Numbered from the stretch's first letter, positions 13,506 through 28,791 are shown. The stretch is DNA of 64,000 nt from Eledone cirrhosa (GCA_964016885.1 OZ024756.1:33294001-33358000); one strand, 5' to 3'. The notes: generated by a model not told the origin, from the sequence alone. Numbers and translations are program-made.

Positions 13506-14162
13506 CTATATATAGGGCTTAAAGTTTTGGAAGGAATGTCTGAGGCGGTGTTGGCAAGTTGCAAACACCTCAGATTTTTTGTTAAGTAGGTTACGGTTGG
13601 AGAAGATAATATTGTGTGTCTCTAGTATACAGAGGTTACAGAATTTATTAGGTGGTTTGTACGAGGTCGCGCTGCCTATCACTTCCCATTTGAGTGTGTA
13701 TGGTTTATTTTTAGATTTTAGATAGTGTATGTAGCTAGAAAGTGAGGTGGAGTTGGCTAGGCTGTGCTTTTTGAACGAGTGGATGTGCGAGTTATATCTA
13801 ATTTTGAAGCAGTTAGAAGTGGAGCCTACATAGGTTTCTGAAGAGTTATTAGTCGTGACTGTGCATGAGTATATGACATCCTTGGTTAGGCATTTTTTAT
13901 CTAAGGGGCAGGTTCTATTAGCTCTACAGTTACAATTATTCTGTGCGTTAGTCCGCTGGTTATAATGCAATGCGGAAGTCTGTGTGGTGGATATAGGATT
14001 TTGGGTGTTCAGGTTGACAACCCTGGTGTTATTACTTATACTAGTGTTATTTCTATTGTTACTGCCGTTGCTATTGTTGCTTGCTACAGTGGTATTTAGA
14101 GGGTTTGCATCCCGTTGTGATTTTGTTTGTTGGAAGTAAGAACTAATTTTACTATTATTGCT
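13506..14162 (-). pseudogene. PLE C-terminal linker plus GIY-YIG endonuclease (RT lost by 5' truncation)
   Basis: Frame is open from the pLTR junction (SNNSKI...N-rich linker) through CNCR..CPL..CL..VIY..YVGST..FKIRY.SH..SF..W..C.LC..E..LLNKKSE..CQH, the pattern of Naiad-type PLE endonucleases. No start codon. Confidence 0.88.
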
Positions 14163-14500
14163 GCCACCAGATCTACCAACCTAACACTCTTATTTACCTA
14201 CCTAAGTGCCTCTACCACACATATCTCTCTGCCACACTATATAAACAAGACGCACATGCGTGCCACACATATAACATTTGCACTATATAACCACTTATCT
14301 TCATGTTGTACTTTAACCTATATCTTTGATTTTTGATTGTACCTATTAATATAAATGTAATCTCGAAGTGTGTACTGCCACTCTAAATTTTGTAATGAAT
14401 GTTGACCCACAATGTTTGAATATGTATCAATGTTTGAATATGTATTGGTATGTCTCTCGGCTGAAAAGGAGGTCATATAACTGTCCATGCATTAATAAAT

Positions 14501-14547
14501 TGGTCCGAAGAATCCAAACCTCGGTTTGGAGGAAACAGCTGTAAGCA
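14501..14547 (+). ncRNA. Hammerhead copy in the inverted pseudo-LTR
   Basis: Same motif as 12034-12080 with one stem-I substitution (TGGT). Confidence 0.7.
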
Positions 14548-14578
14548 CAATAATGTTTTGAACAGTTCTTTGATTCTT

Positions 14579-14712
<134 letters not shown>

Positions 14713-14838
14713 ATCTGACTTTTTCAAATATTAAGAACAACGTTCAATTCGTTTGCAATTATGCAAACAAGCCTCAATTTTATAGCCATGTCAGTAGAAT
14801 AAACCTTTCATTCTTGCTCTTGTGTTGGCATGTGAACA

Positions 14839-14884
<46 letters not shown>

Positions 14885-15589
14885 GAGTATGTAATCTTTC
14901 TAATAAGAAATATGTTTGGATAATATTACTTTCATTGTGGTTGTTCTTGTCACAACATTTCAGTAGTTGTACTCTCCGATTCTCTTCGCGTTTTGTCGCA
15001 TAAGGTATTGTCGATCTCGGAGTTTTGCATCGAAATATTTATTCAGCCTATAAACGTGTATAGGCTGTTTTCGTTCCGTTGGTCATTTCAGCGACATCCA
15101 CATATTATCAATTTGTGTTAGATGTTGATATGTTCGTCTTATACAAAATAGGGTATTGCGATACAATCCCGGGAATTGAAGCATTAGCAAATGTATAGGC
15201 GTACGCACTTAACAGTTAATAGTTACTTATTTTGATGATATTATTTTTCGGTAAAAGCAATATATTTTGTCAGTATGTAGGTTTGAACCAAATATAATAC
15301 CCTCCTCTTAGATTTAATGTTCTTTCTCTCTTAATCGAAAGTTACTATATATGACTTTAACTATGTTACTCATACTGAGGAGCAAAACCAAGATAATGGA
15401 TAGACAACAGCATATTTGCATGAATATCTGAGGACATTACCGATACTCGATAAATACCCGAAGAAAATATGTGGAAGTACAACGGACTAAATTTTGTGAA
15501 TGTAACAACTTGTAATAGTTTGAATATATCATATATATATTTTTTTTTTATATTCCGCACACACACTCTCTCTCTCTCTCTCTCTCTCA

Positions 15590-15711
<122 letters not shown>

Positions 15712-15930
15712 AAAATAAACAGAATATATTTACTTTCTTTTTCTGTCGATCTCTTCGCTATCGTCTCTGTTTTGTTTTTTGTTGTTTTCCTTCCTAATAA
15801 CTAAACATCGTAGTTATTAACGCACTGTGGTGAGATGTACTGCCTTTAAAGCGTCGAACATCACCGAACCACAGCAGGAAGCCGAAGAGCGGGATTTGTC
15901 CTTATGTTTGCGTTTCTCTTACATTTTCTA

Positions 15931-15962
<32 letters not shown>

Positions 15963-15964
<2 letters not shown>

Positions 15965-16281
15965 TATAAAAAATAAACCAAAGAAGCATTTAATACATCA
16001 AAAGTCTCTATTACCCAACAATGTTTCGTCCTATTAAGGACTCATCAGGGCAAGTAAAGCTACAAGAAGCACTATCGGCCAATACAAGCCAAAAACTCTG
16101 ATGAGTCCTTAATAGGACGAAACATTGTTGGCTAATAAAGACTTTTGATGTATTGAAGGCTTCTTTGGTTTATTTTTTATAATTCTTCGGCTCTGTTTAA
16201 TTACATTGAGCTATATCTTATACTGTCATTTCTATAATATGAAGAGGGTGTTTAACTCCAACACACTCTAGTATTTTAATT

Positions 16282-16285
<4 letters not shown>
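15963..16285. mobile_element. Fold-back element family C with canonical-core hammerheads at 16014-16051 (-) and 16087-16133 (+)
   Basis: Inverted arms 15963-16048 and 16098-16182. CTGATGA-GTCCT(TAAT)AGGAC-GAAA-CATTG-TT in both arms; (TA)n on both sides. Confidence 0.85.
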
Positions 16286-16350
<65 letters not shown>

Positions 16351-17123
16351 ACTCAAGAACACAAAGCAGTCGCCGGTCCACGAAACGAGTCAAGGCCCTT
16401 AATTTTCTAAGGCCATCACTCAACATGCTCAACTCATGCACTCTCTGTGCCGTGGCAAACTTATTGTGTTAGTATACGCGCGACGGGTTGCTCAGCTTCT
16501 TATTATCAAAACTATCAATTAAGCGATAATACACTATTTCTAAGTATTAAATCGGAAATAGAATCTGGATTTCATACCATAATTTAAAAGAAATCATCTT
16601 AGATTATAAGCCATTATGTGAAATTAATGTATTGTCTTAAATGAGATAATATTAATAATAATATCTACGACGATTTCTACGACATATAAGAGTATAGTTA
16701 TCTTTATATCTTTATATATTTCCAAGAAGGGATATTTTCTATCCGTATATATAGATAAAACAATGAGATAAATTTAATTTTATTATCTAAGTGTCAGTAT
16801 ACGACACTTGGTTAATCTATAGATAAATTTCATTGCTGGGTATCTAACCAGATAATTCCATTGATTCGAAAATAATTATAAATTCTCCTGAGTATTATAT
16901 ATTTATGATTCAGATCTCCATGAAATCACACCCTATAATATAAAAAAAAAACGTATGAGATGGAGTATATAGACCCAGTTTATATATAATGGATTATAGG
17001 AGATGGCGTGGTCAGAATGACTTCTGCACAAATAACACTCCGTTAAACTATCTATCTATCTATTTGGCTCTCTTCCTGTTTGCCTGATTACATGCTTATC
17101 TAACCCCACCCACCCCCTGCAAT

Positions 17124-17156
<33 letters not shown>

Positions 17157-17369
17157 GAAGTGGTTACACAACAGTTAGTTCACCATACCGAGAACAATTG
17201 TTTCACCTTAGCGGACCCTCAGCTCGTAATCGATTACGAACTGAGGATCCGCTAAGGTGAAACAATTGTTCTCGGTATGGTGAACTAACTGTTATGTAAC
17301 CACTTCTACCTAACTCGCCCCATGGACTGAGTGCTCTACCACTACGGATATTACCTTCCAGTTTTCTAC

Positions 17370-17373
<4 letters not shown>
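17157..17373. mobile_element. Fold-back element family D; hammerheads 17189-17226 (-) and 17237-17274 (+)
   Basis: Palindrome 17157-17308 centred on TAATCGATTA. Consensus of the two arms CGAG-CTGAGGA-TCC(GCTAA)GGT-GAAA-CAATTG-TT-CTCG. Lies between (TA)n runs. Confidence 0.8.
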
Positions 17374-17423
<50 letters not shown>

Positions 17424-17425
<2 letters not shown>

Positions 17426-17700
17426 CACTCGACGGTTTTTGTTCATATTAATAAAGAAGAAAAACGGTTTTATTTGTACATCCCTATTTATTCTGTTATA
17501 CTTATTTCAAAGACGTATGGCAGTTGTATAACAACTGCCCTATGTGTTCTCTGTCTAAAGAGAAAACGTAGGAGAGCCATTATACAATTGTAATACTTCT
17601 TTGAAATACGCATAACAAAATAAATAGGGATGTACAAATGAAACCGTTCTTCTTGTTTATTATTATAATAAAATTCCAGACAAAAACCGTCGAGTGCTTT
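17424..17700. mobile_element. Inverted-repeat element between (TA)n runs (MITE-like or PLE-derived)
   Basis: Arms AGCACTCGACGGTTTTTGT...TTGTACATCCCTATTTATT (17424-17531) are inverted at 17580-17698. The right arm has GAAA-TACGCA-TA, resembling the 3' half of a hammerhead. Confidence 0.6.
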
Positions 17701-17750
17701 ACAACTATTAAGAAAGAGTCAGAAGATTTTCAATCAACCAACTTTCTTCA

Positions 17751-17901
<151 letters not shown>

Positions 17902-18209
17902 ATTGCCAGTGTCTTTAAAGCATTGGCTATTTGTTCGGCGGTTCGACGCGACTTTGCCTTTTTTCATTTCAGGGTCGATAAAGTCCTCTTCCCCTGTCTG
18001 TTAAATCCGAGATCATCCTCTGGTCCAATAAGGGTCTTTAGGAGCTTATATATTCTAGGTGAAAGAATCAGCTTTGTAAATCAGTGACACGTTACATGTG
18101 AAGAGCGCCTCAAGCATATGTGTGGCTGAAATGTTCAGACACTTGAGTAGTCTGTTTCATTGAGCAAGCAACTAGTATACGCGTCGTCGGAATCGACACA
18201 GTTCGAAAG

Positions 18210-18990
18210 CTCACACACATACACACTCATAGACACATGCACACAACTAACATAAACCTCACACATACACACCTACACGCACACCAACACCAACAAACGC
18301 CCACATATAACATATACACACACAGAGACAGGCTCACAACGGACATCTACCTCACATACACACCTACACACACACCAACAAACACCCACATATAACATAT
18401 ATACACACATAGACACAGGCTCACAACCGACATACACCTCACACATACACACCTACACACACACAGCAACACCAACAAACGCCCACATATAACATATATA
18501 CACACACAGACACAGTCTCCCAACCGACATACACCTCACACATACACACCTACACACACACAGCAACACTAACAAACGCCCACATATAACATATATACAC
18601 ACACAGACACAGGCTCACAACCGACATACACCTCACACATACACACCTACACACACACAGCAACACCAACAAACGCCCACATATAACATATATACACACA
18701 CAGACACAGGTTCACAACCGACATACACCTCACACATACACACCTACACACACACAGCAACACCGATAAACGCACACATATAACATATACACACACACAG
18801 ACACAGGCTCACAACCGACATACACCTCACACATACACACACACAGCAACACCGATAAACGCACACATATAACATATACACACACACAGACACAGGCTCA
18901 CAACCGACATACACCTCACACATACACACCTACACACACACAGCAACACCGTTAAACGCACACATATAACATATACACACACACAGGCAA
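18210..18990. repeat. CA-rich minisatellite, ~97-bp unit, ~8 copies
   Basis: CAGCAAC anchors at 18464, 18561, 18658, 18755, 18844 and 18941. Confidence 0.9.
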
Positions 18991-19484
18991 TGAGTTTGCT
19001 ATTGACACAATATAAATTTAATCACAATGTAGGGAACAACGACCTTTAACACGAGCGACTTTGATGCGTATATTTCTTCACACGAATATACATAATCCAG
19101 TAGTATCGATGAAATCGAATATCGATACGTAATAAAATTTGTGACAATAAAACATGTGACAAGCGAAACACAAAAATCAATACTATCGATAACGTAGTTA
19201 AACTATTATGGTGTTTGTTGTAAGAAATATGTCAGTTGAAATATTGTGTGACATGCAGTAATGTTTCAGTATATAAGGTTTTGAAAAGATTCTCTTGTAT
19301 ATAAACATAGACAATTGCTGGACAAATAGAAGAAACATATATTTGATTGAGAACAAAATAATGTGGTAAATGTGCTGAAATGTATATATATATACACACA
19401 CACACATATATATTATATTATATATAGATATCATACACATATATATCATATTATATATATATATCATACACATATATATATATT

Positions 19485-19668
19485 GGTGGGTTGGCACAAT
19501 CAATAGAGGGTCGGACGCCATGCTTTGCAGCACAGAGTTGCGTCCCTTTACGGTCTCAGTTCAAATCCTATCGAGGTTAGCTTTGCATTTCATCCTACGG
19601 GGTCGATAAAATAAAGTACTCTTAATGTACTGGGTAATTGCTGGCCTTGTACCAAAACTAGAAACAAT
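19485..19668 (+). mobile_element. tRNA-derived SINE
   Basis: Full-length family copy. Confidence 0.88.
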
Positions 19669-19697
19669 TATATACATATTACACACACACACACACG

Positions 19698-19754
<57 letters not shown>

Positions 19755-19757
<3 letters not shown>

Positions 19758-19980
19758 ATCAAAAGATGGTTAAATGAGTTCCATGTATTTTATTATGCGC
19801 ATTTCAAAAACAAATATCATCATGCAATAACATTTGTGTTTTCATCAGATAAAATAGGAGGACATGATATGAAGGTTAAATACACTTTTATGTATACTCC
19901 AGTCCTACAAACTGTAGAGTGCTTCTTATCCGATATCTGCATTGCTTTATTGTACTATAATAAAACTCACCTCCTACATA
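19755..19980 (-). mobile_element. Element family E with hammerhead 19788-19854 (-)
   Basis: TTTTAT-CTGATGA-long stem II-GAAA-TGCGCA-TA-ATAAAA, in (TA)n. Copies at 34.3 kb and 41.3 kb. Confidence 0.82.
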
Positions 19981-20419
19981 TATATATATATATATTATAG
20001 AAAAAATAGAGCCTGGCGGTTGAGCTTTTACCATTTGGTTACCTAGTCAGGAACTAGCTGTTGAAACGCCAACTCTCCAGCCATCGGGCCACGACTCTTA
20101 TGCCAAGTATTTAGTTCGTTTAATAACTCAGTTAAGGCTATGAATTTACGATTATCTAGTCCTAGTTTCAGTTTTATTTACAAAAGTTTTCTCTTAATTT
20201 GTATACATGATATATATTATACTTTCAAAGAATATACTTTTATTATATGTGTATGCATCAAATCCCACATCTAGTCTCTCACTCACAAGCACAAACACAT
20301 AAGGGAAAACATACATACGGGAAAACATAGGTTTATGCATATATGAATATATTTGTATATCAATTTTATCTACATACATGTCAAATCCCACCTATTCCTG
20401 GCTTATCTTCTCTCCCTTA

Positions 20420-20460
<41 letters not shown>

Positions 20461-20632
20461 AACATACATTTATTTATATATATATACATACAATTAAATA
20501 TATATATATATATATACAAACATACATTTATTTATTTATATATATATATATATACATACATTTATTTATTTATATATATATACATATATATATAAACAAT
20601 TATATATATATATATATATACATACAATTATA

Positions 20633-20734
<102 letters not shown>

Positions 20735-20770
20735 CAATTATAATTAAAACTGAACAGCAATATTTGGGAG

Positions 20771-20813
<43 letters not shown>

Positions 20814-21128
20814 GTAATATCCCTCCAAATATTGCTGTTCAGTTTAGTATTTTTTTTTCAATTCTCTCACAACAATTTCGTTTAATAGACTATTTTTTAT
20901 AGAATAGCTAGTAGCTGTTTATTTCTATGGTAGAATCATATTAAAGCATAAAATCGATTAGTCAATGAGTGCATCAGTATTTATGTGTATTCTACTTAAG
21001 ATTTTATAACATTTCATATATCATATATACACGAAAGTAATCTGAATCTATTAGAGAATCTGAAAACTTTATTGATGTAAATATTGCATGGATACATGGA
21101 GTTAGGAATTATATTAACAAGAATGATA

Positions 21129-21181
<53 letters not shown>

Positions 21182-21191
21182 ATGTATGTAC

Positions 21192-21270
<79 letters not shown>

Positions 21271-21394
21271 TCGTAACTATATGCGTGTATCGTACAAAAA
21301 TATAGTCACCTCTTGTGTTTTATATATATATATATATATAACACAAGAGGTAACTATATAATTGTATGATACACACATATAATTACGATGCATC

Positions 21395-21442
<48 letters not shown>

Positions 21443-21464
21443 AGTGTGTGTATATATGTGTATG

Positions 21465-21530
<66 letters not shown>

Positions 21531-21535
<5 letters not shown>

Positions 21536-21664
21536 TGTGTATGTGGGTAGATGTGTTGGTGTAATTATATACACAAAGTTACTTGAAGATATATATATAT
21601 ATATATAGTTTGTGTATGTGGGTAGATGTGTTGGTGTAATTATATACACAAAGTTACTTGAAGA
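21531..21664. repeat. 59-bp direct duplication separated by (TA)n
   Basis: TAGTTTGTGTATGTGGGTAGATG...TTGAAGA occurs twice. Confidence 0.9.
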
Positions 21665-22129
21665 GATATATATATATATATTGATAACTACAGAGATTTA
21701 CAGATCTCCAGATCTATAAATAATTACACAGCAGTAAATATCATTACCAGCTGTGACATATGTATTTCAAGAGACTCATATATAACTGCCATATATTCCT
21801 TAACATTTATTAGAAAAGAAAAAGATAATGTATTTTCTTTGTTTTTTTGTTGTTGGCTTTACACTAATACTTCTCAGTTTTGCTTAGCCAGTGGTCAATC
21901 TTGACGGTATTATCAAAAACATTTCCAGTTATGAAAATTCTATTTATTATTCAGATCTTGTGCATATCAACGGCGACATCATTGTATATATGTGTGTAGC
22001 ATAGAGGAATTTATCTGCTATTAAGTACTCCGACAGTTCTACTTACATCTGTATCTTAATATAGCTAATTTACTAATTAAGACTGCTATCTCTTTTTTTA
22101 AATATCAGCTACATTATATACCTTCTTCG

Positions 22130-22307
22130 ATGAATTGGCATTATCGTTAGAGGGTCTGACGCCATGCTTGCAACAAAGAGTTGTGGCCCTTTATGGTCAA
22201 ATCCCGACGAGGTTAAGTTTGCCTTTCATCCTTACGGGGTCTATAAAATAAAGTACCAATAATACACTGGGTTAATTGCTGGCCTTGTGCCAAATGTAGA
22301 AACAATT
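22130..22307 (+). mobile_element. tRNA-derived SINE
   Basis: Family copy, tail-to-tail with the RTE fragment. Confidence 0.85.
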
Positions 22308-22309
22308 AT

Positions 22310-22715
22310 AAGTCTTCTTCCCTTCTTCTCTTCTTCACCCGCTTATTGCTGAGTGGGTCAAGGGAGCAGAGTCCCCAAACCAAACAATCCTTACAGTGGG
22401 TCCTGTCAGAAGCAACCGTCTCCAACAGATTTGGCTTGAAATCCAAGCGAGACCAGCCAAGCTCGTGGATGGTATCCAAACTTCTTGCTCGGGATCTACC
22501 CGCTGGGTCTCTTGCTGTTTGGTTTTGCCTGTAAAATCTGACCATCGACTTTTTCTTGAGACATTCTTACCTTATATCCATAATTCGGAGAAATATCGGT
22601 TCAAACTGAAATGACACAGATCTCCGTGTTACGCACTTTCTCGAGTAACGTTACTCCAAAGACCCTTCGGAGGAATCTCCTTTCGGCCGGTTGTAGTCGC
22701 GTGAGTCTTCTTAAA
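22310..22715 (-). mobile_element. Degraded RTE-clade LINE 3' fragment
   Basis: Minus strand RLQPAERRFLRRVFGVTLLEKVRNTEI...PAGRSRARSLDTI...VASDR, ending in an AGA-rich tail. Confidence 0.7.
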
Positions 22716-22885
22716 TTTGGCGAATCGAGAACAAATTATTGATGCCAGAGGAAATTATATAAATGTCTTGTGTTAAGCTGTCGAATTGTCTTCTGTTTAA
22801 ATACATAGCTAGTCAATAAATTAAATTATTCATATGACTATATAACATTCCAACACAAGCGCACAAGCAAACATAAGCACAACAC

Positions 22886-22967
<82 letters not shown>

Positions 22968-23128
22968 ACATACACACGTACACATACATATATATACGCC
23001 ATCACTTCATTGAACATTTCTTGATCATGTGCAAGCAGGTGACCTTTTTTATCAACGCAGATGTGACACTTGAACTGTCTGTCTCCTGCTAATACCGACT
23101 CGAGTGTGTCTTCATGTATTTTACCATG

Positions 23129-23164
<36 letters not shown>

Positions 23165-23169
23165 TATTT

Positions 23170-23483
23170 AAATAACAGATTAAAGTTTAACCAATCTGTG
23201 AACGCAGAAGTGAATATTTCAAAAAACATTGCAACCGGTGGAAGACAGGAAAACGATACTTTGGACGATACTCCGGTTGCAACGTTTTTTGAAATATTCA
23301 CTTCTGCGTTCACTGATTGACTTTGTTAGTTTCAGAAGATCCCGTTATGGGTGAAAGCAGCGATTTTTGCTTAAACTTTAATCTGTTATTTTAATAATTT
23401 TTGCTCTACGGTTCTTATATATTTGATATATATTTATCCTTATTGAGCCCTCTTTGGATTTTAGTCTTCAATTGTATTATTAT

Positions 23484-23488
<5 letters not shown>
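23170..23488. mobile_element. Fold-back element family B; hammerhead variant 23328-23377 (+)
   Basis: AGTTT-CAGAAGA-TCCC(GTTAT)GGGT-GAAA-GCA..TGC-TT-AAACT; inverted arms; (TA)n flanks. Confidence 0.75.
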
Positions 23489-23562
<74 letters not shown>

Positions 23563-23689
23563 TATATATATATAAACATACACTAACACATATTCTAGGA
23601 CTTGGTGGACACCCATAAAGACTGTACATTGGTAATTACTGTGATGCGGGAAACTCGATCAAAATTCGATCACTATAATTATATGTGTA

Positions 23690-24499
<810 letters not shown>

Positions 24500-24585
24500 A
24501 AAAAAAAAAAAAGATTAACAAAGACAAAGAGTGCAGTACGAAAAGTGTATTTGGTTCACGCTATATATATATTAATAATAATAAT

Positions 24586-24773
24586 AGTTGTTTCTACTAT
24601 TGGCACAAGGCCAGCAATTATTCCAGTACATTACTGCTACTTTATTTTATCGACCTCGTAAGGATGAGAGGCAAAGTGAACCTCGGCGGGATTTGAACCC
24701 GCACCGTAAAGAGGCTTAACTCTTTGCTGCAAAGCATGGCGTCCGACCCTCTACCGATACTGCCAATCCACGC
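24586..24773 (-). mobile_element. tRNA-derived SINE
   Basis: Full-length family copy. Confidence 0.88.
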
Positions 24774-25091
24774 CCTCAAATAATAATAATAATAATATAT
24801 ATATATATATTTTTTTTATTATTATTTGAGGGCGTGGATTAGCGCGAGTTTCGGTTACTTGTCGTAGAGTTCTTCATAGAAGCCTCATTCTTATAGCCTG
24901 GTCTATTCGATTTTTTATATAGTTAATTATGCTAATTGGGAGAGGAAATAGTATATATTTTATCTTGTGATTCTATAGACATGTTTTATGATATATGGCT
25001 CTGATTGTTTAATTTATTAATTTTTCATTGAGCCACAAAGTGACCAGTTGCAAAACACGTATATGTATATGTATGTATATATATATGTAAA

Positions 25092-25152
<61 letters not shown>

Positions 25153-25250
25153 ACAGAGAGAAAAAGATGATTAGTAGGAGGGAAAATAATTTTATTTTAT
25201 TTTTATATATATTTTTCTTCCTAATAAGCATCTTTTTCTCCCTGTTTTCA

Positions 25251-25345
<95 letters not shown>

Positions 25346-25356
25346 GTATATATATC

Positions 25357-25387
<31 letters not shown>

Positions 25388-25427
25388 CATGTATATATAT
25401 ATATATATATATATGTATATGTATATA

Positions 25428-25466
<39 letters not shown>

Positions 25467-25598
25467 ATATATATATTAATAATATATATAATAAACCCGT
25501 AGACAAATATTTATTAAAAGAACAGATAGAAGTTTAAAATAATAAATATATATATGCGTGGATGTGTGTATCTAAGTAATTATGCATGTACCTACCAT

Positions 25599-26128
25599 TG
25601 TAATGTAAATAATTGTTTATACTTTAGGCACAAGGCCAGCAATTATCCCATGTGCATTACTGGTGCTACATTTTATCGACCCCGTAAGGATGAAAGGCAA
25701 AGTCAACCTCGGCGGGATTTGAACTCAGATCGTAAAGGGACGTAACTATGCTGGAAAGCATGGCGTCCGATACTGCGAATCCACTGTAATGTAAATAATT
25801 GTTTCTACTTTAGGCACAAGGCCAGCAAATCCCACAGTGTATTACTGGTACTTTATTTTATCGACCCCGTAAGGATGAAAGGCAAAGTCAACCTCGGCGG
25901 GATTTGAACTCAGATCATAAAGGGACGTAACTATGCTGGAAAGCATGGCGTCCGATACTGCGAATCCACTGTAATGTAAATAATTGTTTCTACTTTAGGC
26001 ACAAGGCCAGCAAATTCCCCAGTGCATTACTGGTACTTTATTTTATCGACCCCGTAAGGATGAAAGGCGAAGTCAACCTCGGCGGGATTTGAACTCAGAT
26101 CGTAACTATGCTGGAAAATGTAAATAAT
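25599..26128 (-). mobile_element. Three tandem SINE copies
   Basis: Units of ~186 bp separated by TGTAATGTAAATAAT. Confidence 0.9.
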
Positions 26129-26490
26129 GACACATCTTTATAAACAACCGGCCAACCGGTACTAAGTAGTGGTATATGGTGATGATCAACATCATGCTTT
26201 AGAGGTCTTATTATCAAGTTTGTACAAAGAAACTGCGATAACTATGACTCCATTGCGTAATTGACTATTCACCCACATAGAATTACTGTTAATACTAGAA
26301 CATTTCCCTGACTATATATATTTTCACTTGCACAGTAACTATTATAAACAGAGTGTAAATGCGATGCATCTCTTTTTGTATATATATATATAATATATTA
26401 TATATATATATATATATTTATTTATATATATATATCTATATATATATATACATACATCTCTCTCTCTCTCTCTCACTCTCTCTCTATACA

Positions 26491-26523
<33 letters not shown>

Positions 26524-26743
26524 GTGTGTATATATATATATATAAATGCATGTATGCGTATATATATATATATGTATGTGTGTATATATATATATGTATA
26601 TATGTATATATAAATATTTATATATGTAAATGTATGTATGTGTATATATATATATATATATATGTATATGTATATATATATATGTAAATGTATATATATG
26701 TATATATATATGTGTATATATACATACAAATGTTTATAAATGT

Positions 26744-26809
<66 letters not shown>

Positions 26810-27296
26810 GTGGTGTATACGTGTGTGTGGTATGTATATGTTTGTACTAGAAAAAATACTATAGTTAAAGAAATCACAAGTGGTGTTGAATAGCTCTGGG
26901 TCATGATGTGCAAAGTGAAGCCGTTATATTTCCAATTAGTTCGTATGAAATGCAGTAAACAGATCCGTAAGTGTATCTCTAACAAGAATACCTATATATT
27001 GACCTTATATAAGAACGAATGTACGTCATAACTTACTAATGAGGACAGTTAAAATATATTTAGTACTAGTGTACTAAATAACGTTTTTTTTCTGAACTGT
27101 AGTTATCTCTGGTTTTTTGGTGACTATTTCATTATTCTTGCAAACATTTTGGAAATGCCTACATACACAGACTCATGGACACACACTCAACCGATCCCTC
27201 AGATATGCACAAAGTCAGCTATGAAAACTGAAAATATAATCACTACAATGCATCATGCAAATAACAGTAAATAGTTCTGTATAACTTTACATAAAT

Positions 27297-27681
27297 ATTT
27301 CTACTTTTGGCACAAGGCCAAAAATATCCTCAGTGTATTACTGGTACTTTATTTTATCGACCGACCCCGTAAGGATGAAAGACAAAGTTAACCTCGGCTG
27401 GATTTGAACTCAGAACTTAAAGGGTCGCAACACTATGCTGTAAAGCATGGCGTTCGACACTCTATCGATACTGCCAATCCACCATTATTCTATAGAGTGG
27501 TCAATTGGCAGTATTGGTAGAGGGTCAGACATGCTTTCCAGCGTAGTTACGTCCCTTTACGATCTGAGTTCAAATCCCGCCTAGGTTGACTTTGCCTTTC
27601 ATCCTTACGGGGTCGATAAAATAAAATACCAGTAATGTACTAGGGTAATTGCTGGCTTTGTGCCTAAAGTAAAAACAATTA
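27297..27681. mobile_element. Head-to-head SINE pair (27297-27483 -, 27497-27681 +)
   Basis: Two family copies in inverted orientation, ~13 bp apart. Confidence 0.88.
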
Positions 27682-27854
27682 TTCTATAACTATACATTTT
27701 GACATTTTGACCCGGCTTATGTGTTATAACTGGCCCGTTTCTCTGTCCAAAATTCCTCTATATATGGTGATACTTGAGAAGATATGATAAATTTATTATT
27801 TATATTTCTAATCTAATCAAATCTGACCTAGTTTACACTCGCAAATAAGAAGAA

Positions 27855-28130
27855 CCAGGGCCGCCCCGAGGCGCATTGGATTTGGGGTACTTCATATTTG
27901 TTTCAGTTGCTGAATACAATCAGCTGTTGCTGCTTCCCCTGAAGATCAAAAGTTCTTTTCAAACTCGAGCGGTAGCGCCTTTCCATTATCAATTGGGGTT
28001 GATCATCTGCAAAGCCGCATTGTTATCAGAACCAATACAGCAGTCTTTCGATGCATGCAGCTGGAACTATTATAGTTATCCTCACTGCGGCTATCATATT
28101 TTCAAATTTCACATTTGATAATACTTCGTA
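27855..28130 (-). mobile_element. Possible decayed hAT transposon 3' end
   Basis: CAGGGCCGCC terminus resembles hAT TIRs; minus-strand FENMIAAVRITIIVPAACIER weakly resembles the hAT dimerization motif. Confidence 0.3.
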
Positions 28131-28718
28131 GTTTAGCCATATGATTTACCCAAATCTAGGATTATAGATATGTAGGATTATCAAGAAGTCGAACAGGTAT
28201 CTTTGACCTATCTGATCCATCGTCTTGCATTCTGTGTTCAATTCACGTCTTTGTTATGCTAGTAGTTGCGACTAGAGGATATCAGTAAAAGAAAAATTCT
28301 CTATAAAAAGCATTTTTTCTTGATACGATCTATATATCGTCGGTTTCTCTTTCCGTTCCATTGTATATTCATGAGTAAGTGACCAGAGTCGTATCTCAGA
28401 GAAATAGTCAATTCAATATGTATAATAAATTTGACTCTATTTACTGTTGAAATGTCCAACATGTCTTTTTATATATTAATATACTATAAGAATATAACGT
28501 ATTTCTGTAAATGTAAAGTCTGCAATGATACTTCATATAGGGGACAATGTTTATTAAATACGATTTCATAAAAATAAAAAGCAAAAATATTTGTTTATGG
28601 TTGTCAGGTAAACTTTTACACTTGAGCGAGACATATATAAAAAACAATTGATTTCTTAACAGGGATACTGTATATAATATGTTACTTAAAATTATATATT
28701 CCCTTCTTCAACAACACA

Positions 28719-28791
<73 letters not shown>

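Noticed and set aside
18210-18990. Regularly spaced repeat array (CRISPR-like periodicity)
   Set aside because: Whole units repeat with no unique spacers, no cas genes, and a eukaryotic context: a minisatellite.
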